Positions 55,323 through 64,000 of a stretch of 64,000 nt of DNA are shown piece after piece. Position 1 is the first letter of the stretch; every line of letters begins with the position of its first letter. The position numbers and the translations under genes are program-made. Source of the DNA: Octopus vulgaris. Lineage: Eukaryota. The stretch covers positions 37,696,001-37,760,000 of the forward strand of contig OX597838.1 of the NCBI GenBank assembly GCA_951406725.2, in the 5' to 3' direction. The notes below the pieces were generated by a model. It made no database searches, was not told where the DNA came from, and saw only the letters and a list, made by a program, of their open reading frames with translations.

Positions 55323-55687
55323 AGCATAGGATGAAATAAAAATAATAAAGAAATTCTATGTAAGAATTTCTTTTTTTTTTGCTGACCGTTCGGAGAATTA
55401 GGACAAAGTCATAGAGAGCTCTCTAGATAATATTCTAGACTATCATTCAGTCTATATCGGTACTAATGGGTTTATGAAAGTTGAACGCTAAATTTAGTAC
55501 ATACATAATCTAGATAAGACAACTAAGTTAAAGAGACATCAAAGACAACAGAGACAGATTTCTGGACGTCTACAAGAACTCGTTTTAACACTCTCACGTA
55601 CATAAACGAATACGCTAGACTCATCATCATCATCCTCATATATGTATATATATATGTATATACTTATGTGTGCTTAACTGAAATATG

Positions 55688-55768
<81 letters not shown>

Positions 55769-55791
55769 AGATATAGATAGATAGAATCATG

Positions 55792-55830
<39 letters not shown>

Positions 55831-55867
55831 TTACATTCGCATTATACTTAGATATATATAATTGCAG

Positions 55868-55915
<48 letters not shown>

Positions 55916-55937
55916 ATAGATATGGATAGATAGAATC

Positions 55938-55976
<39 letters not shown>

Positions 55977-55991
55977 CATATATATATTTGC

Positions 55992-56031
<40 letters not shown>

Positions 56032-56037
<6 letters not shown>

Positions 56038-56330
56038 TCAATATATATTTATTTGCGGTTGATATTTCTAGTAATAGCCTATATGGCCGTTCCTTGATTG
56101 TTGATATTGAACTTAAAAATGGTCTATGACTATTTAATTTTTTCCCACTAGGCCGCTGGTGGCAAAGGAATTCTACAAAATTTTTTTTTGCCACCCTATA
56201 TTGATTAATTATGAATTTTCTGGTTAATTCCGTAATCTCCTGGTTTACGGAATTAATTTTTATTTGCGGTTGAAGCTTTGGCTGTTATTTCTAGTGGGTG
56301 AATAGCCTATTATGGCCGTTCCTTGATTGT

Positions 56331-56336
<6 letters not shown>
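56032..56336 (+). repeat. Terminally redundant insert in (TA)n (unit about 210-230 bp)
   Basis: 56048-56107 is repeated at 56259-56336; has the ctttggctgttatttcta motif; no HHR seen. Confidence 0.7.
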
Positions 56337-56415
<79 letters not shown>

Positions 56416-56420
56416 TACAT

Positions 56421-56470
<50 letters not shown>

Positions 56471-57661
56471 ATACACACGTATACATACATCAAGGCGAAA
56501 AGAAATACGTACCTATTAGTATGTGCAGAAACAGATATATACTCACACATATACACACACACACATGTGTAGGTATCTACCTACAGACATACATACATAC
56601 ATACATACATACATAACATACACACACACACATACATACATACATACATATGATACATACATACATATACGTACCCGTGACGTCACTGGTGTCTTTTACT
56701 GTAGCGCTAGGAGATGACTTCGGTGGATGGAGGCAGAAAGAAACCCATCATCCTCCCCCTCTCCACACAAGCAGAAACTCACACAGATACATACATACAT
56801 ACATACATACGTACATACATACACACACACACATACATACATACACACACACATACATAAATACATACATACACACGCACATACATACATGCACATACAT
56901 ACATACATATACATACACACATACATACATACATACATATATACATACACACACACATACATACATACATACATACACACACACATACATACATACATAC
57001 ATACACACACATACATACATACGTACATACACACAAACACAAACACACACACACACATACACACACACACACATACATACATACATAGATACATACATAC
57101 ATACACACACATACATACATATATATACATACACACACACATACATACATACATACATACACACACACATACATACACGCATACATATATACATATACAC
57201 ACACATACATACATACATACATACATACATACATACATACATACATACATACATACGCACATACATATGCCTATTTCTACTAATTCCACTTACTGGAGTG
57301 CTGCCATTTTGGAACACTGCCTCGAAGGGCTTTCAAGTCGAAAATCTCGAGCACGTTACTGATTTGTTCAGTCTGGTACTTTCTCGATCGGACTTCATTA
57401 TATATATATGTATATATATGTATATATATACCAACTATATATATATCATGCAGTGGGGGTGGGATAAAACACAAGCACAAAGACACACACACACACACAC
57501 ACACACATATAAAGAAAACAAAAAATGGACCAAGAATTTAACAGGCGACAACAAAACATTCTGACAGACGATACAAAAAAGGACAGGAAAAACAAAGGAC
57601 GGGTCATTCGGAACTCCCTATCCTCAGTCGAGTTCCAGATCGTCTTTGTAGTCTCGGCCGG

Positions 57662-57715
<54 letters not shown>

Positions 57716-57789
57716 GTACTGTACATATACATATACGTACTTGCATATTTATATGTAGGTATACGTATGTATATATATATATATATTTG

Positions 57790-57834
<45 letters not shown>

Positions 57835-57838
<4 letters not shown>

Positions 57839-58512
57839 TATTACATTATATAAAAGGGCTTAGTAAAATAAATTACTTCGCCGCATACTGAACTCATTAG
57901 AAATAGCAGCTAAAAAACTTTTTTAAAGCTATTTCTAATACTTAAAGAAAATCTCTCTCATATATAGCGTTTGCTTAATTTAACTCACAAAAGTTTGGGG
58001 GTAAGGACATTAAAAAATCAAATGCTAAGGTTATTTGAGTACGTACGTTTCAAGATTAGTCAAAACAACATTTCTCTCTTCAGCTCATAAATTCCTTGGT
58101 TTGGATTTGGAAACACTGAAAGTAAGAACATACCCTTTCGAAGATCCGCTCTTAACTAACAGTGCCAGCAAACCCAAATAAGCAAGTGAATCATTTCTGT
58201 TCTCCCCTTTCCACCAGCGTGGGTCAAAATCATCAAACGCTATGCTTATTTCGGTAAAATCCGAAGCAATAATTAGAGGGAGATTAATTATAATTTCAAC
58301 AATTGAGGGTAAAATTAATTAATTATTAATCAATTTCACCAAGTGTTCAGTATGCAAAGGGACCATTTAATGCGAATTCAAATTATTACATTATAAAAAA
58401 ATCAGTAAAATAAAGTACTTCCCGCATACTGAACTCGATTAGAAATAGCAGCTAAAAACGGCCATTTCTAATACAAAGATATCTCTCTCATATATAGCGT
58501 TTGCTTAATTTC
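57835..58512 (-). mobile_element. Retrozyme-like element: about 1.25 copies of a 545 bp HHR monomer in (TA)n
   Basis: 57835-57980 is repeated at 58380-58512; shares blocks with the 8485 element. Confidence 0.78.
58036..58087 (-). ncRNA. Type I hammerhead ribozyme
   Basis: tgag-CTGAAGA-gaga...tctt-GAAA-cgtacg-TA-ctca. Confidence 0.8.
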
Positions 58513-58520
58513 AATTGTTG

Positions 58521-59679
<1,159 letters not shown>

Positions 59680-59780
59680 CTGGAATGCATTAAAGAATAA
59701 TAAATTTATGTATATATATAAATATAAATATATAAATTATTATTTCTTGAACTATAACCTTGAACTAGAAACATTCTTGA

Positions 59781-59953
59781 GTAAAGAATATTTGTCAACA
59801 TAATGTGGCAATCCTGATTAGGACGAATGTTACTGTTATATAGCCCCAGAAAACATCGTTTCCAGTTGGAGACCATGTTTTCAGTAAACACTTGGTAACT
59901 GTAACATTCGTCCTAATCAGGACTGTCACATTATGTTGGCAAATAATCTTTAC
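59781..59953. repeat. Inverted repeat with arms of about 58 bp between TA tracts
   Basis: 59781-59838 vs 59896-59953; related sequence at 22470-22520. Confidence 0.75.
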
Positions 59954-60019
59954 TCTATATACATATATGTGTGTGTGTAACCCCACGGCCACTTAATCGT
60001 AGACTTCAACATTGACCTT

Positions 60020-61217
60020 AGACACCCATCCACGGTTATAGTACTCTGCTTTATTAAGTCTCCAAAATATAATGCTTGATAAATGATACTTGATGTTAGG
60101 ACAATGGATGGAAATTATTAATCGTTTGATAGCAAAATCAGCAAGTTAATTATTTTAATGACGTTATTCGGTAACTGAAGACTATATCAAAATAGGAACT
60201 AAGGTCAAAGAAAAAATTTTTTAAATGACGTATTCTATTTTGAGGAAAACGGTTAAAGAATCGTATGAAATAATTTTCAAAGTTTCGTAGAATATACAAA
60301 TATATAAACGTTATTTCAGATAAGCTTTTTTTGTCATACTTACTGATTAAATATACGAGTTCTTTATAATTTCCACGATTATTAAAGCCTTCAAATTCAA
60401 AATGACCCTGAAACGATAATTCCTGGAGGCCTAAAAAACACAACATCGATCAATCGTTGCAGAATGGATCTGTTTCATCTAACTTTCTCATTATAATGTT
60501 GTATGCTTTGATTTTTACATGAATCTAATTGTAAGTCTACGAGAACATTCCCGAATATTTTAAGATCTATCGAAGATTTTATGAGAACACTCGTGCATAG
60601 CCATATGTAAATTATTTAAATCATCATAGCCTTTATCATTCCAAACATTCCTTTCTAAGCAAAAACGTAAACACGGCCAACAGAATAATTTATTAAAAGC
60701 AACACTTCCAGTTAACCATTTTTTCTTTCCATACAAATTAACCTGAAATTGTCTCGTGAATTTCTTGTAGCTTCGCAAAATAGGTAAATTCGGTGTTGGT
60801 CTCCCACCATTTATAATTAATTATTTTCCATCGAAGTCTCTTTTCGAAAAACTATTTCTCAAAATATCGTTTATAACACACATTTCACTCATTTCGAAAA
60901 AGGCTGCACTTATATAAGAACCCACGTGGAAGCGTCAACTGTAAGTCAATTTCAACAAAACGGAAAACTAACCTTTGTTAAATTAATTTAAGAGTAATTA
61001 GCTACTTCTCAAATAAGAAATATAATATAGATTATATTTTTGTTTTCAGGACTCTACGAAAATATAATAGTGCAAACAGATGTTTTGGGTAAAAATATTC
61101 AAACTGACTGCCAGGTTATTCCAACATTTCAGCTGGCAAACTCAAGAAGTAACTATTTTATCTAATTTTCTTATGATATGTATGCAAGCCTTGCATACCT
61201 GAGAGTGCACACCCCTG
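60020..61217 (-). mobile_element. Decayed, internally deleted hAT transposon (ZMYM1/DUF4371-like transposase)
   Basis: KKKWLTGSVAFNKLFCWPCL and FLGLQELSFQGH...NRGNYKELV motifs; 5' end CAGGGGTGTGCAC. Confidence 0.75.
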
Positions 61218-61277
61218 ATATATATATATACATATGAAAGGAAAAGGTGTTCAGATATGATGGTTTAAATATATATA

Positions 61278-61341
<64 letters not shown>

Positions 61342-61360
61342 TGGATGGTTGTAAATATAT

Positions 61361-61449
<89 letters not shown>

Positions 61450-61464
61450 CGGGGATATACTCTC

Positions 61465-61668
61465 TCTTTACTCTTTTACTTGTTTCAGTCATTTGACTGC
61501 GGCCATGCTGGAGCACCGCCTTTAGTCGAGCAAATCGACCCCGGGACTTATTCTTTGTAAGCCCAGTACTTATTCTATCGGTCTCTTTTGCCGAACCGCT
61601 AAGTTACGGGGACGTAAACACATCGGCATCGGTTGTCAAGCAATGCTAGGGGGACAAACACAGACACA

Positions 61669-61734
<66 letters not shown>

Positions 61735-61900
61735 TACGACAGGCTTCTTTCAGTTTCCGTCTACCAAATCCACTCATAAGGCATTGGTCGGCCCGGGTCT
61801 ATAGCAGAAGACACTTGCCCAAGATGCTACGCAGTGGGACTGAACCCGGAACCATGTGGTTGGTAAGCAAGCTACTTACCACACAGCCACTCCTGCGCCT
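61465..61900 (-). mobile_element. SINE family A
   Basis: Full-length. Confidence 0.92.
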
Positions 61901-61914
61901 ATATATATATATAT

Positions 61915-62231
61915 ACTTGCATTGCAAGTGACTTGATCTGAGATCGTGTGATGAAAGAAAAATAATTGCTGCGTGGAAGATGTTTGTAAGGCATTTGAGA
62001 ACACAAGAAAAAAATAAACGTTAGATTCATTTCAACATTTAAATTTAATTTGTGTCGAAATATTTTCGTCGCTTTGAAGCCGCGCCATGTTCACTGAAAA
62101 ATACTTCGTGCTGCATCACAAACGTTTCTTAGTGAACAGGCCGCAGTTTCCAAGTGACGACCTGTTTTGTTGTGGTTTCCCAGTGACGAAAATATTTTGA
62201 CACAAAATTAAATTTAAATGTTGAAGTGAAC
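61915..62231. repeat. PLE-end-like repeat with an inverted arm
   Basis: 62025-62096 is mirrored, with an internal duplication, at 62131-62231; homologous to 23138-23305. Confidence 0.7.
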
Positions 62232-62400
62232 CTTCCTTCAAAGCACTGCTGTAAACAACAGAAGTGGATTCAGGAACGTTAAAACTCCGTGCGCATGCAC
62301 AACTGAGGTCAAGGTCAATCTGTATCAAGCGGTTTTACCCTGTGTGCTTTAGCATTGTTACTATGACAACTGTCCATATACTTATTGATAAGACCTCATG

Positions 62401-62452
<52 letters not shown>

Positions 62453-62557
62453 TGTATATATATGTATATATGTATGTATGTATATACATATATATGTATA
62501 TATATGTATGTATGTATGTATATACATATATATGTATATATGGATGTATCTCTCTCT

Positions 62558-62617
<60 letters not shown>

Positions 62618-63407
62618 GTATATGTATATATATATATATGTATGTATGGATGGATGGATGAATGGATGGATGGATATATATATATGTTTAGAAAAGTTAG
62701 CGAAGCCAGAAAAGAAACGTGAAATCTCGGAGAAAATATATAAGAATAATAAAAAGAAAAGCTAAAATTCATCGTTATTCTATATAATAGTAGAGATAAA
62801 AAAAAAAAACATGGAGTTGCTAAGTTGCTAAAATAGTATAACTGCAAAATTATTACATACAAAACCATTTATAATATCAGGAGCACAACGAATTACTTGT
62901 ACTAATACATCTAAGTTTTATCGATGTAGAACTATATATATATAATATCGAGAATGCCAAAGTTTCCTTGTGTTACCATGTCTAACTTATGTCAGTGTCA
63001 TCGGTGAAATATCTCCCTCAAAGGAACTGTTTATTTATAATGCTTTTTTTTACCTTCTTTCTCATAAGAGCACTGATTGTAGATATTAATAGACCAATCG
63101 CATGCCTCGAGCTGGCACTAAATGTGAATTAGTTTGAAATAGAATCTATTATGTTTGTCGCATCCTAGTTTACTTATACAAAAATTGTCACTACCACATC
63201 TCTGTCTAGTTAAGTCACCTTCATTTGATTTATACGTAAGCTTTATAGGTATAGAAGATAAATGAAATCAGATATAGCGGTGCTAAAAATACAGCATTCG
63301 TACGACTGAATCAATGACATTAACTCTTTCTCTTTCAAGTTTGTCCTAAACATTCGCGCTTGTTTCCAGACTTTCAGTTAACTCATATTTCATACATTCT
63401 GAGTAAT

Positions 63408-64000
63408 ATACGACGGGGTACCCAAAAGAGACCGGAATTATACAATATTATTTTATTCACCTAGTTTTACATGTTTACACTTTTATTGCCTTCGAATTAT
63501 TCTCCATCGGTCCAGACGCGTTTTCCATTGTTGGAAGCAATGCTGGAGCGTTTTGCGAAGTCGTTTTCTTCTTCATCTCTTCCACATCTGCAGATTCCAT
63601 AACACCAGCTTTCATCACCATTGATGAACTTCGAAATATGGTGCGGATCAACTTCCAACTATTCTTTCAGTTCACAAATCGTACTCAGTCGTGACTGCTT
63701 CTGATCTTCCATGAGAAAGCGAGGCACACATTTTGCTGCAACTCTTTTCATTTGCAAATCCCCGCTCAAAATTCGTTGGCAGGGACTCCTGGACACACCA
63801 GTCATATCAACAAGTTCGTCAATTGCTCATAAAGCAAGAAAACTACTCGTAAACTTGTGTTTTGCTCATGGCAGCGTCCTTGCGAACTGTTTGAAGCATC
63901 ACAACTGTTTCGACCGCCATTTTCTCCAACAAAAAATGGAAGAACGCTGTTCCTTCGTTTCAGCCATCGCAAAAATCGACGAACAGAGGAGAAGCACCGC
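63408..64000 (-). mobile_element. Decayed mariner transposon
   Basis: TA-cgacggggtacccaaaag TIR; CFQQWKTRLDR..FEG C-terminus; EQR... N-terminal remnant near 63950. Confidence 0.7.

Overview
This is AT-rich, microsatellite-saturated animal non-coding DNA. The SINE repertoire points to an octopod cephalopod (inferred, not verified). I could not support any host protein-coding exon, and nearly all short ORFs in the track are translations of (TA)n/(CA)n/(TATC)n repeats. The window is a layered retro/transposon landscape. It holds a 5'-truncated Penelope-like element (PLE) with an open RT + GIY-YIG frame, several decayed PLEs, and CR1-group, RTE and Tx1/L1 LINE fragments. It also holds at least four tRNA-derived SINE families, non-autonomous Helitrons, and mariner/Tc1 and hAT remnants and MITEs. 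The main signal is about 18 type I hammerhead ribozyme (HHR) motifs, some canonical and some variant. Several lie in non-coding 478-596 bp monomers present as permuted >1-unit tandems. Many of these inserts sit in (TA)n tracts as two inverted arms whose HHR-sense 3' ends both point outward. This suggests a retrozyme-like RNA system mobilised by PLE machinery, possibly via circular RNA and twin priming. A second highlight is a TSD-bounded, ORF1-only (HAL1-like) Tx1/L1 derivative inserted in a SINE head. Coordinates were read by eye and may be off by a few bases.
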